Below are positions 7,365-15,481 of a stretch of 32,000 bases of DNA, one piece after another. Position 1 is the stretch's first letter. Every line of letters starts with the position of its first letter. The stretch lies in the NCBI RefSeq assembly GCF_000017305.1, contig NC_009664.2:450001-482000 (forward strand), given 5' to 3'. Made by a program: the position numbers and the translations under genes. This stretch comes from Kineococcus radiotolerans SRS30216 = ATCC BAA-149 (lineage in GTDB: Bacteria > Actinomycetota > Actinomycetes > Actinomycetales > Kineococcaceae). The notes beneath the pieces were generated by a model. The model was not told the origin of the DNA. It saw only the letters and a program-made list of their open reading frames with translations, and did not search any database.

Positions 7365-7523
7365 AGCGACCACTGTGCCAGGCAACTTAGGGCAACTTCC
7401 AGTAGAACCGCCCACTAGCACGCAGGTTCACCCCATCTGCATGCGACACGCCCAGGAAGTTCTAGGCCGTGTAGGTGCCCAGCACTACTTGCAGTTGCCT
7501 CTCGTTGCCTGTACGTTCTCCCC
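7365..7523. promoter_or_regulatory. Divergent promoter/operator (immunity switch) region
   Basis: GGCAACTT at 7381-7388 and 7391-7398. Inverted copies AGTTGCC at 7493-7499 and GTTGCC at 7504-7509. Candidate rightward promoter TTGCAG (7489-7494) - 17 nt - TACGTT (7512-7517), with the cro ATG 7 nt later and no SD. Confidence 0.55.
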
Positions 7524-7790
7524 ATGGCCCGCCTCACCAACGGTTCCACCGTCAGAGCTCTCAGGGAAGCGCTCGGCGTCTCGGGTCGCGTCTGCGCCCA
7601 GCGTGTCGGCATCTCCCCCGGCTACCTCGCCAACATCGAGGCCGCCAAGAAGCAGCCGACACCTCGGGTCGTCCGTGCCCTCGCCGACACCCTCGGCGTC
7701 GGCATCGACGTGATCACCTACGTGATCCCCGAGCACATCGACCCTTCCGCCCTCGAGGAACTCGTCCCCGGGGACGCACCGGTCGGATGA
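7524..7790 (+). CDS. Cro-like XRE-family HTH regulator
   Basis: 88 aa. LREALGVSGRVCAQRVGISPGYLANIEAAKKQPTPRVVRALADTLGV is an HTH_XRE motif. Confidence 0.8.
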   Translation: MARLTNGSTVRALREALGVSGRVCAQRVGISPGYLANIEAAKKQPTPRVVRALADTLGVGIDVITYVIPEHIDPSALEELVPGDAPVG

Positions 7791-8017
7791 CCGCCCTCGA
7801 CCTGTACACCCTCGCCCAGGTCGCAGTCATCTTCGGACGGTCCCAACGCTGGGTCCGCGACCGAGTCCGAGCGGGTGACCTCTCCCACGTCCGCGTGGGC
7901 AGCAGCATCCGCTTCACCGAACAGCAGCTGCGCGACTACATCGAGCGCAACTCCCGCACCGTCAGCAAGCCCGCCGCGGTCGTGAACGGCTACGGCCGGC
8001 GCACCCGCACTCGCTGA
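7787..8017 (+). CDS. Excisionase/MerR-type (HTH_17) DNA-binding protein
   Basis: 76 aa. LYTLAQVAVIFGRSQRWVRDRVRAGDLSHVRVGSSIRFTEQQLRDYI. ATGA overlap with the cro-like stop. Confidence 0.7.
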   Translation: MTALDLYTLAQVAVIFGRSQRWVRDRVRAGDLSHVRVGSSIRFTEQQLRDYIERNSRTVSKPAAVVNGYGRRTRTR

Positions 8018-8355
8018 CCTCACTACCGCACCGTCCCGCCCGACGGCCCCTGGCCGCCCGGTCGATGCCACACGCCCTCATCCGGCACCTGCACCTTGAG
8101 AACTCAACAGCCCGCTCTCGGTGGGGACCCGTCGACTCAATCCCAGCTCAACGTCGACGGCCGCACCCAGATCAGCGCCTACCCCCCGGTTCACGTGAGC
8201 CCGGACGCAAGTACGGGGGGATGCACCGCCGAGAGCGACAAGCCCAACCGCCACCCAAGGTCGCGGCCACCGCGACCTGCCCGCCCTCCGCGAGAAGCCA
8301 GCCCGTACCGAGCCGGGCGAGGGCACTCCCCCCACCGCGGACGAGAAGAGTCCTG

Positions 8356-8577
8356 ATGTCCCCCACCCCCACCGTCCTCTTCGAACACCAGCCTCGCGAA
8401 CGTCAGGTCCCCTGCCAGAACTGCCGCACCGCCACCACCAGCAACGACCACGCCGTCTGCACCAGCTGCTTGTTCAACGGCGTCAGCGTCACCTGCGGTC
8501 AGTACTGCCGCGACGTTCACCTCGTCGCAACGGTTCGCGCCGGCCTCACCAGCCCGGCCCACCTGCAGTTCGCCTGA
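8356..8577 (+). CDS. Cys-rich small protein (73 aa)
   Basis: MSPTPTVLFEHQPRERQVPCQNCRTATTSNDHAVCTSCLF..CGQYC. The frame is open from 8065, so the start is uncertain. Confidence 0.5.
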   Translation: MSPTPTVLFEHQPRERQVPCQNCRTATTSNDHAVCTSCLFNGVSVTCGQYCRDVHLVATVRAGLTSPAHLQFA

Positions 8578-8589
8578 CCCCCACCGAAC

Positions 8590-8647
8590 GGCCCGGCCCG
8601 CTGCAGGAACGCGATCCCCCGATCGCGTGCACCCCGCGGGCCGGGCC
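8590..8647 (+). other. Nested inverted repeat in an intergenic gap (terminator or regulatory structure)
   Basis: Outer perfect 12-bp arms GGCCCGGCCCGC (8590-8601) / GCGGGCCGGGCC (8636-8647). Inner arms GCGATC (8611-8616) / GATCGC (8621-8626). Confidence 0.45.
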
Positions 8648-8668
8648 CCCACCAGGAAGGCCCCCACC

Positions 8669-9010
8669 GTGAAGGACTACACCGTCGTCTCCGCCGAGGA
8701 CGGGGGCGTAACCATCGCCCCCGACCCCGGCTCCCTCGCAGTGCACCTCACCGACCTCGCCCGGGCCCTCACCCGGCACGACGTCGCCGACGCCCTCGTC
8801 CAGGTCACCGACGCCGTTCGCCACCTCGACGCCCCCCAGCGTCACCTCGACGAACAGATCACGGCCTGGCAGGAAGAGCAGCGCGACGAGGCCCTCAGTT
8901 TCCTCGTCATCCACCCCGACGTCCTGGCCGCTTTCACCCGGCACCTCGACACCGACCAGGCCGAAACCTTCGCCGGTGACGTCCTTTCTCACCTCCCCGA
9001 GGAGAGCTGA
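8669..9010 (+). CDS. hypothetical phage protein (113 aa)
   Basis: GTG 8669 after GGAAGG (VKDYTVVSAEDGGVTIAPDPG...). High GC3. The stop overlaps the next ATG. Confidence 0.6.
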   Translation: MKDYTVVSAEDGGVTIAPDPGSLAVHLTDLARALTRHDVADALVQVTDAVRHLDAPQRHLDEQITAWQEEQRDEALSFLVIHPDVLAAFTRHLDTDQAETFAGDVLSHLPEES

Positions 9011-9135
9011 TGCGTGACCACGGGGACCACCCGCGCACCCGCACCGTCTGGGCTGCGCTCCTCACAGGAACCATCGCCGTCGACGTCCTGGTCGTTACGG
9101 CCGCGCACAGCTTTTTCTCCTGGGTAGCCCGGTGA
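9010..9135 (+). CDS. 41-aa single-TM mini-protein (not in ORF track)
   Basis: MRDHGDHPRTRTVWAALLTGTIAVDVLVVTAAHSFFSWVAR. ATG overlaps the upstream TGA (TGATG) and its TGA overlaps the downstream ATG. Confidence 0.5.
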   Translation: MRDHGDHPRTRTVWAALLTGTIAVDVLVVTAAHSFFSWVAR

Positions 9136-9401
9136 TGGTCCTCTACCCGCCCCGCGTCACCCTCCACGACCTCCCGTCCATCCGAAACAGCGCTGGCGCG
9201 ACCCTTCCCCGGTGCCTCGGCGGATGCGACACCGTCATGGACGGCCGTCGCCTCGTCTGCGACATCTGCTGGAAGCACCTGCCCCGTTCCCTGCAGCGCA
9301 GCGTCATGCAGTTCCACCGCACCCCCGACCCCGCGTTCCGCCAGTCCGTCACCCTCGAAGTCGAGCAGACCTGCACCGAAGCTCGCCGGGAGCTGCGATG
9401 A
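9135..9401 (+). CDS. Zinc-ribbon-like small protein (88 aa)
   Basis: CLGGC..(13 aa)..CDIC Cys4 pattern. Start-stop coupled on both sides. Confidence 0.6.
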   Translation: MVLYPPRVTLHDLPSIRNSAGATLPRCLGGCDTVMDGRRLVCDICWKHLPRSLQRSVMQFHRTPDPAFRQSVTLEVEQTCTEARRELR

Positions 9402-9841
9402 GCGCCCACCCCAACGAGGGACACGGAACCCTCGACATCCTCGAAGCGCTCGCCGCTCTCCCCGAACCCGAGCCGCCCCGACCCCCGGCGCCGAAACCCG
9501 CCGGGCCCTTGGTGGCCGCGATCTGCGCGCTGATGAACGGCGACCCCATCCACGACCGCGACCGGGAACGCATCGTCGACGCCATCGTCGACGACGCGCT
9601 CACCCACGACGGCCTGGTCAACCCCAACCGGGTCCGCACCAGCCTGACCCGCACCAACGCCGACGGGTCCACCGACCTCGTCGTCTACCCCCGCCTCATC
9701 GGCACCGTCTACCAGACCCTCGCCGCCAAGGGGGCCCTGGAGTTCGTCGACTGGACCGACAGCACCGACCTCCGCGGCGGCAACAAGGGCAAGCCCGCCC
9801 GCATCTACCGACTCACTCGCATCCTGGAGCCCACCCCGTGA
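9398..9841 (+). CDS. hypothetical phage protein (147 aa)
   Basis: In-frame ATG in track ORF 9212..9841 (MSAHPNEGHGTLDILEAL...). ATGA overlap and high GC3. Confidence 0.65.
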   Translation: MSAHPNEGHGTLDILEALAALPEPEPPRPPAPKPAGPLVAAICALMNGDPIHDRDRERIVDAIVDDALTHDGLVNPNRVRTSLTRTNADGSTDLVVYPRLIGTVYQTLAAKGALEFVDWTDSTDLRGGNKGKPARIYRLTRILEPTP

Positions 9842-10047
9842 CCAGTACCGAGCTCAACACCTACCAGCTGCACATCCTCGCCGGACTCAACCGCGAGGCC
9901 AAGCACGTCTACGCCGGGTTCGAGACCACCACCGACGACCTCGGCCGCGAAGTCCTCACCGAACGCGGCGCCGGCCAGCGCAACCGCCGCGACGCCCGCC
10001 GCGTCAAGAACCGCCTCGCCCGCGCCTCCCGGAAGGCGAACCGGTGA
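9838..10047 (+). CDS. hypothetical phage protein (69 aa, basic C-terminus)
   Basis: GTGA overlap. MTSTELNTYQLHILAGLNREAKHVY...RRDARRVKNRLARASRKANR. Confidence 0.55.
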   Translation: MTSTELNTYQLHILAGLNREAKHVYAGFETTTDDLGREVLTERGAGQRNRRDARRVKNRLARASRKANR

Positions 10048-10334
10048 GCACCACCGCCGTCTCCGACATCTCTCAGGTGACGACCACCGTCACCACCTTC
10101 CGCGTGCCCGCCTTCGTCGTCGAACTGCCCCGCGGCGAACGCACTCTGCGGATCCTCGCCCACACCGTCGAGGTCCGCGCCACCCACGACGACAAGCCCC
10201 GCGTGGTCTACATCTCCGGACCGTTCCTGCGCGCCGACGGCACCCAGGGCGCCTGGCACCAGCACCGCGTCCACGACGTCCCGCACGGCCTGCAGCTGCT
10301 GATCGAACAGGCACTCGAAGGAGGAGCCCGATGA
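10044..10334 (+). CDS. hypothetical phage protein (96 aa)
   Basis: GTGA overlap and high GC3. Confidence 0.55.
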   Translation: MSTTAVSDISQVTTTVTTFRVPAFVVELPRGERTLRILAHTVEVRATHDDKPRVVYISGPFLRADGTQGAWHQHRVHDVPHGLQLLIEQALEGGAR

Positions 10335-11506
10335 CCACCGTGACCGAACCCGTCGGCGTCGGCGAGGACGCCCACGCGCCCCACACCTTCGTCGCCGGCG
10401 TCGACTCCAAGGCCCTCGCCGAAGCGTTGACCGACGTCAACGCCCTCATCGGCCGCCGGCCCCCCGTTCCGATCCTGGCGGGCGTCCGCCTCGACGTCGA
10501 AGGCGACCAGCTCACCCTGCGCCGGACCAACTACGACGTGGTCAACACCGCGACGCTGCAGCTGCCGCAGGTCGGGCACCCCGCCCGCTCCACCGTGGTC
10601 AGCGCATCCGCCTTCGCCGCGATCGTGCGAGCCATCGGGCCCGGCGCCAGCATCATCCTGACCCTGCTGCACCGCAGCGGACGCGAGTTCCTGCGGATCG
10701 CCGGGGACGGCGTCACCTACCAGCTCATCACCATGGACGCTGGCGACTGGCCGGCCATCCCCGCCGACGAGGTCCAGCACATCGCGACCGTGTCCGCCGA
10801 CGACGTCCAGGCGCTCGCGCTGGCCGGAACGGCGGCCACCTCCGACTTCACGCTGCCGATCATCCACGCGGTGCGCCTCACCGAACGTCAGGGGTCGCTG
10901 GTCGCCGCGGCCACCGACCGTTTCCGCCTCCTCGACGTCAATACGTTGCACCCGGTCCCCGCCGGCTTCCAAGCCCTCGTTCCGACGGACGCGCTTGAGC
11001 ACATCGCCCGCCTCGCCAAGCGCGAGGGAGAGGTCACGATCAGCACCGTCGACGAGTTCATCGTCTTCGTGGTCGGCAGCCGCTCCTGCCGGGTCAAGTG
11101 CGTCGATGGGGAGTACCCCAAGGTCGACTCTCTCTGGCCTCCCGAGTCACCCATCGCCGCCACCGTCGACCGCGGGGACCTTGCCCGGGCCCTGCGCCGC
11201 CTCATGGTCGCGACCCCCCGCAATACGCCCGTGGAGCTGGCGTTCGGCCGCAACGTCGTGGTGCTCATCGCTGGCGACAAGACGGACCTCGACGCGACCA
11301 CCACCGTCGCGACCACCCTCACCGGGGCCGAGGCGTTCGACGCAGCCCTGAACCCGCAGTTCCTCCTCGACGGCCTGGACGCCGTCGGCGGCGACCGCGT
11401 CACGTTCGCCTTCACCGTCCCCTACCGGCCCGTGGTCATCACCGGCGGTCGCCCCAACACCCGCTACCTGCAGATGCCCGTCCGCCGCGCCAACGGGAGC
11501 CACTGA
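10331..11506 (+). CDS. dnaN: Phage-encoded DNA polymerase III beta subunit (sliding clamp)
   Basis: 391 aa, a typical clamp length. PILAGVRLDVEGDQLTLRRTNYDV, a three-fold domain pattern, and EYPKVDSLWP (the clamp D/EG.FP.y..v.P motif). Confidence 0.8.
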   Translation: MTTVTEPVGVGEDAHAPHTFVAGVDSKALAEALTDVNALIGRRPPVPILAGVRLDVEGDQLTLRRTNYDVVNTATLQLPQVGHPARSTVVSASAFAAIVRAIGPGASIILTLLHRSGREFLRIAGDGVTYQLITMDAGDWPAIPADEVQHIATVSADDVQALALAGTAATSDFTLPIIHAVRLTERQGSLVAAATDRFRLLDVNTLHPVPAGFQALVPTDALEHIARLAKREGEVTISTVDEFIVFVVGSRSCRVKCVDGEYPKVDSLWPPESPIAATVDRGDLARALRRLMVATPRNTPVELAFGRNVVVLIAGDKTDLDATTTVATTLTGAEAFDAALNPQFLLDGLDAVGGDRVTFAFTVPYRPVVITGGRPNTRYLQMPVRRANGSH

Positions 11507-12162
11507 TGAGCAAGCGCCCCCTCGTCTTCTTCGACACCGAGACCACCGGCCTCGGCCCCGGCCGCCAGGCCTGGGAGATCGCCCTGGTCCGCCGCGAACC
11601 CGACGGCACCGAACGCCCCCTGGAGTTCTTCCTCCCCATCGAGGAGGTCCGCGCCGAACCCGGAGCCCTCGACATCGGCCGCTACTACGCGCGGCACCCC
11701 CACGGCATCGCCATCTCGACCATCCCGGCGCAGCCGCCCTTCACGACCCCGAAGCCCGCGGACGCGCCCCGCCCGGTGCCGCAGGAGCCCGGCCCCGTCG
11801 TGCTCGCCGTCCCGAAGGCGGCCCGGCTCCTCGCGCAGTGGACGTCCGGCGCGACCATCGTCGGCGCCAACCCCGCCTTCGACGTGCAGATCCTCGAGCG
11901 CCTCGTCCGCACCGACGGCCACGCGCCCCGCTGGCACTACCGCACCCGCGACGTCGAAGCCATGGCCGTCGGCTTCATCGGCGACGAGGACCTCGGAGGC
12001 CTGGCCGCCTGCGCCGCCGCGCTCGACGTCACGATCGACCCGGACCTCGAGCACACCGCGATGGGCGACGTCCGCACCGTCATGGCCATCTACGACGCCG
12101 TCATCCTCGGCGAACGCCTCCCCGACGACCAGGAACCCGCCCGCCCGCAGGGAGGTGCCTGA
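11506..12162 (+). CDS. DnaQ-like DEDDh 3'-5' exonuclease
   Basis: 218 aa. Exo I VFFDTETTGL, Exo II GANPAFDVQIL, Exo III HTAMGDVRTV. Confidence 0.8.
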   Translation: MSKRPLVFFDTETTGLGPGRQAWEIALVRREPDGTERPLEFFLPIEEVRAEPGALDIGRYYARHPHGIAISTIPAQPPFTTPKPADAPRPVPQEPGPVVLAVPKAARLLAQWTSGATIVGANPAFDVQILERLVRTDGHAPRWHYRTRDVEAMAVGFIGDEDLGGLAACAAALDVTIDPDLEHTAMGDVRTVMAIYDAVILGERLPDDQEPARPQGGA

Positions 12163-12272
12163 TGGGACCCGGCGTTCTGGGCTACCTCATCGGCCTCGCC
12201 TCCGGTGTCCTGCTTCTCGCCGGCGCCCTCCTCATCTACACCGACCGCCCCCGACGGGGTGACCGACGGTGA
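12162..12272 (+). CDS. 36-aa single-TM mini-protein
   Basis: MGPGVLGYLIGLASGVLLLAGALLIYTDRPRRGDRR. Start-stop coupled on both sides. Only visible as the tail of track ORF 11838..12272. Confidence 0.5.
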   Translation: MGPGVLGYLIGLASGVLLLAGALLIYTDRPRRGDRR

Positions 12273-12511
12273 GCCTCATCAACGACACGGCCTGGATGCA
12301 GGACGCCCTCTGCGCCCAGGTCGACACCGACGTGTTCTTCCCCGAGCAGGGCGAGTCCAGCCGCCCCGCCAAGGCGATCTGCGCCCGCTGCGAGGTGCGG
12401 GACCAGTGCCTGCAGCTCGCCCTCGACAACGGCGAACGCCACGGCGTGTGGGGCGGCATCGCCGAACGACCCCGCCGCGACATGAGCCGAGACCTCAGGA
12501 GAGCAGCATGA
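12269..12511 (+). CDS. WhiB-family Fe-S transcription factor
   Basis: 80 aa. Four Cys (ALC...AIC.RC.VRDQC) and the GVWGG turn followed by a basic tail. Confidence 0.9.
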   Translation: MSLINDTAWMQDALCAQVDTDVFFPEQGESSRPAKAICARCEVRDQCLQLALDNGERHGVWGGIAERPRRDMSRDLRRAA

Positions 12512-12912
12512 GCATCCGCACCGCTGTCGCCACGGAGCTGCGCCGCCTCGCGCACCAGCTGCACCCCGACGTTGCGGGCGTCGACCACCACGGGAACGCC
12601 ATCCGCACCGCCGACCTGCGGCCCCTCCTTGACACCCTGCGCCCTGTCGAGCGGCGCCCCTGGTCAGCGCTCACCGTCTGCGAGCGGGCCCAGCGCGTCG
12701 GCCGCCACGTCCACGTCCTCCGCCTCACTCGCGGCTGGACCACCGCCGACGTCGCTGAGCACTGCAGCAGCCCCAGCTACAAGCCCACCGCCCAGGACAT
12801 CCACGACCTGCGCTACGGCATGCGCCACCTCCGCGGCGACACCGAACTCGCCGCGCTCGCCGCCGGCCTCCGCGTCGACGTCTCGGCCCTCACCGCACCG
12901 GAGCAGCCATGA
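12508..12912 (+). CDS. HTH (XRE-like) domain protein (134 aa)
   Basis: C-terminal VHVLRLTRGWTTADVAEHCSS..TAQDIHDLRYGMRHLRGDTELAALAAGLRVDVSAL. Confidence 0.6.
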   Translation: MSIRTAVATELRRLAHQLHPDVAGVDHHGNAIRTADLRPLLDTLRPVERRPWSALTVCERAQRVGRHVHVLRLTRGWTTADVAEHCSSPSYKPTAQDIHDLRYGMRHLRGDTELAALAAGLRVDVSALTAPEQP

Positions 12913-13334
12913 CCACCCGCGAGAAGCTCCGCCAGCTGGCTACCGCTCTCATCGACCAGAACCTCGCCGGACGCTGGCGCTGGGCCGGCAACAGCAAGCA
13001 CGGCAACTACTCGCTCTGCACCGACGGCAACGGTCAGCAGTTCCTGATGCGGTTCACCCGCAAGGGCATGAACACCGCCCAGCCCACCTTCCGCGTCAGC
13101 CACCTCGGGTGGTTCGGGATGGAGCAGGCCAGCGACATCCCCATCTACGAGGTGTGCCGCGACGCCACCAGCCAGCACGACTCCCGCGTCTACCGGCACG
13201 ACGTCGTCGGCTTCCGCTCCCCCGTCGCCGACTACCTCGCAGCCGTCGACGCCGAGACCGTCATCTCCCTCCTCGACCAGATCGACCACCTCGAAGCCGC
13301 GCTCGCCGCCGAACGCGAAGGAGCCACCCCGTGA
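12909..13334 (+). CDS. hypothetical phage protein (141 aa), C-terminus reminiscent of ead/Ea22-like proteins
   Basis: ATGA overlap. The tail ADYLAAVDAETVISLLDQIDHLEAALAAERE resembles the Ea22-type helix. This is a recollection, not a search result. Confidence 0.55.
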   Translation: MTTREKLRQLATALIDQNLAGRWRWAGNSKHGNYSLCTDGNGQQFLMRFTRKGMNTAQPTFRVSHLGWFGMEQASDIPIYEVCRDATSQHDSRVYRHDVVGFRSPVADYLAAVDAETVISLLDQIDHLEAALAAEREGATP

Positions 13335-13585
13335 TCACCAGCACGAGTACCACCCCCCTCACCGATCCGGCCCTCGCCAACGCGGCCAGCGCGCTGCAGG
13401 CCGCGCTCAACGAGTGCGCCGCGGAGGACGTCCCCTACCTCGAGATCAGTCTGGAAGTCGAGGACGGCTGGTCGTGGCTGGCCGATGTCCTCCGCGACGC
13501 CCGCGACGGACTGGACTGCACGCCGAAGCTCGTCCAGTTCGCTGAGCAGCTGCACGCCGCGCTGGCCTCAGGCGGCACCTCGTGA
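13331..13585 (+). CDS. hypothetical phage protein (84 aa, acidic)
   Basis: GTGA overlap. Tail of track ORF 12572..13585. Confidence 0.5.
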   Translation: MITSTSTTPLTDPALANAASALQAALNECAAEDVPYLEISLEVEDGWSWLADVLRDARDGLDCTPKLVQFAEQLHAALASGGTS

Positions 13586-14586
13586 GCGTGGCGCCGCGGC
13601 AGGAGCTGCTCACCGTCCCGATCGAGGACGTCGAGCCCGACCCGCACAACCTCCGCGAGGACGTCGGTGACATCACCGAGCTCGCGCAGTCCATCGCTGA
13701 GACCGGTCTCCTGCAGCCCGTCGTGGTCCGCCGCGTCCACGAGGTCGACGAGCGCGGCGACTGGAGCCACGACCGCTACGTCGTCGTCGCTGGCCACCGC
13801 CGCCTCGCCGCGCTGCAGCACCTGGGCCGCGGCCACATCCAGATCCTCGTCCGCGACGAGATGGCCCCCGACGAGGTCCTCGCCGCGATGCTCGTCGAGA
13901 ACGGGCAGCGCACCGACCTCGACCCCATCGAGGAAGCCCGCGCCATGCGCAAGCTCGCCGACATCCACGGCCTCTCCCACCGCGACCTCGCTGCCCGCAT
14001 CGGCAAGCACCAGACCGCGGTGTCGGCGCGCCTGGCCCTGCTGAACCTCACCAAGGGCGAGCAGGAGTCCATCCGCACCGGGCAGATGCTCATCCGCGAC
14101 GGCGTCAAGCGCGGCCGGGAACGCGGCACCCGGAAGCTGCCCGGCCCCCGCACCGACGGCGGCGCCTGGTGGTTCATCGCCACCCACCCCCTCGCTGAGG
14201 CCGCCCGCAAGCACTGCCGGCGCGCCGGACACGGCACCGGGCGCCTCCTCGGGGCGACCGCCTGCGGGCAGTGCTGGGAAGCGGCCATCCGCGCCGACGC
14301 CGCCGCTCAGCCCGCTGCGGACCGGCCGATCCCCGCCGCACCCAAGCCCAGCCCGCAGCAGGCCGCTTGGTCCGCGAAGCCCACGCCGGTCAGCACCCCG
14401 GCCGCCGTCGTGCACCAGCTGTCCATCCCCACCCGCCGCTTCTTCGACCAGGTCGAGCAGCTCGCGGACACCGGCTGCTCCGTCGCCGAGATCGTCCGAG
14501 CCGTCGACACCCCGCCCTACCGGATCCGCGTGACCTACGCCCGCCACGGCCGGGCCCTTCCCCCCGTCCTGCAGGAGAACCCATGA
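13582..14586 (+). CDS. ParB/Srx-domain protein with HTH and C-terminal extension
   Basis: 334 aa. IEDVEPDPHNLR, VVVAGHRRLAALQHLG (GxRR box), ENGQRTDLDPIEEARAM, HTH GLSHRDLAARIGKHQTAVSARLALLNL. Confidence 0.85.
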   Translation: MSVAPRQELLTVPIEDVEPDPHNLREDVGDITELAQSIAETGLLQPVVVRRVHEVDERGDWSHDRYVVVAGHRRLAALQHLGRGHIQILVRDEMAPDEVLAAMLVENGQRTDLDPIEEARAMRKLADIHGLSHRDLAARIGKHQTAVSARLALLNLTKGEQESIRTGQMLIRDGVKRGRERGTRKLPGPRTDGGAWWFIATHPLAEAARKHCRRAGHGTGRLLGATACGQCWEAAIRADAAAQPAADRPIPAAPKPSPQQAAWSAKPTPVSTPAAVVHQLSIPTRRFFDQVEQLADTGCSVAEIVRAVDTPPYRIRVTYARHGRALPPVLQENP

Positions 14587-14801
14587 GCCTCAACCCGCTC
14601 CCCGGGCCCGCCCCCACCGGCGGGACCGTCATCACCCCCGACATCGGCAAGCTGTTCGACGACGTCGAGTGGCTCGCCGAGAACGGCGCCACCCTCCACG
14701 AGATCGTCGTCATGACGAACATCTGCGCCGGGTACCTCCGGGCCTTCTACCTGCGCTGCGGCCGGGACATGCCCATCGTCCTGGCTCAGCCGGACCGATG
14801 A
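14583..14801 (+). CDS. Small HTH-like protein (72 aa), paralogous to the ParB C-terminus
   Basis: GKLFDDVEWLAENGATLHEIVVMTNICAGYLRAFYLRCGRDMPIVL aligns with ParB residues RRFFDQVEQLADTGCSVAEIVRAVDTPPYRIRVTYARHGRALPPVL. Confidence 0.6.
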   Translation: MSLNPLPGPAPTGGTVITPDIGKLFDDVEWLAENGATLHEIVVMTNICAGYLRAFYLRCGRDMPIVLAQPDR

Positions 14802-15481
14802 GCTCTGACCCCGCTCCGACCGCTGAGGAGCGCTTCATCGCGGACCACGGGGACATCGCGATGAGCATCACCCGCAGGCGCCTGCTCGACGTGGCGCCCA
14901 GCGAGCGTGACGAAGCCGCGTCGGCCGCGAACCTCGGCCTCTTGCAGGCCGCCCGCGCGTGGGACCCGGCCCGCGGCGAAGTCGCTCCGCACCTGTGGCA
15001 CCGCATCAACGGCGCCATCACCGACGACTTCCGCGCTCGCCACGGGCGGCCCGGCAGCACCCGCCACAAGGCGATGGCCGCCCAGGTGTCCCTCGACATG
15101 CCCCTCGTCACAGGCGGGGATCGAGTCTCTCTCACCCTCGGCGACACCATCCAGGACCCCGTCAACCACATCGACCGCGCCATGGACCGCATCGACCTGA
15201 CGCGGGCAATCGACCACCTCACCGACCGCGATCGGCGACTGCTGCAGTGGCGGTTCGTCGACGAGCTGCACCTGCTGACCATCGCCGGATACCTCAACGT
15301 CACGGAGTCCCGCGTCAGCCAGATGGAGCGGGAGGTCATCACCCGCCTCAGACGCTTCATGAACGGCGACACCGAACACCGCAAGTGCAGGTACTGCGGC
15401 CGCCCACTGACGGGAAAGCCCCGGAACGCCCGCTACTGCCGCCTCATCTGCGGGAGGCAGTTCCGCGGGAGCCGGTCGTGA
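14798..15481 (+). CDS. Sigma-70 family RNA polymerase sigma factor with C-terminal Cys4 zinc-ribbon-like tail
   Basis: 227 aa. Region 2 DEAASAANLGLLQAARAWDP..HLWHRINGAITDDFR. Region 4 LTDRDRRLLQWRFVDELHLLTIAGYLNVTESRVSQMEREVITRLR. Tail CRYCGRPLTGKPRNARYCRLICG. Confidence 0.8.
   Translation: MSSDPAPTAEERFIADHGDIAMSITRRRLLDVAPSERDEAASAANLGLLQAARAWDPARGEVAPHLWHRINGAITDDFRARHGRPGSTRHKAMAAQVSLDMPLVTGGDRVSLTLGDTIQDPVNHIDRAMDRIDLTRAIDHLTDRDRRLLQWRFVDELHLLTIAGYLNVTESRVSQMEREVITRLRRFMNGDTEHRKCRYCGRPLTGKPRNARYCRLICGRQFRGSRS

Noticed and set aside
6520-8017. Integrase expected next to the att site and repressor
   Set aside because: No ORF of suitable size or with tyrosine/serine recombinase motifs exists at this end. 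The only recombination-directionality-like gene is the HTH_17 protein at 7787..8017, and that fold is also common in non-Xis regulators.
8065-8356. ORFs 8065.. (N-terminal extension of the Cys-rich protein) and 8096..8356 (TTG start, TGATG-coupled to 8356)
   Set aside because: Both frames show only about 70-73% GC3 by hand count, against clearly higher values in neighbouring genes. Their sequences are Arg/Pro/Ser-rich, so I cannot decide between them. The region is left unassigned and flagged as a finding.
10208-11002. 264-aa minus-strand ORF, and similar long minus-strand ORFs at 13435..14547, 14786..15541, 18769..19842, 21035..21709, 22042..22887, 25703..26425, 29215..29994 and 30488..31921
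   Set aside because: All are antisense to motif-supported or tightly coupled plus-strand genes. They have low-complexity Gly/Arg/Val/Asp-rich translations and lack SD or coupling signals.
13582-14586. parS centromere site associated with the ParB-like gene
   Set aside because: No TGTTTCACGTGAAACA-like 16-bp palindrome or close variant was seen near the gene or elsewhere in the window by eye. A partition function is therefore not claimed.
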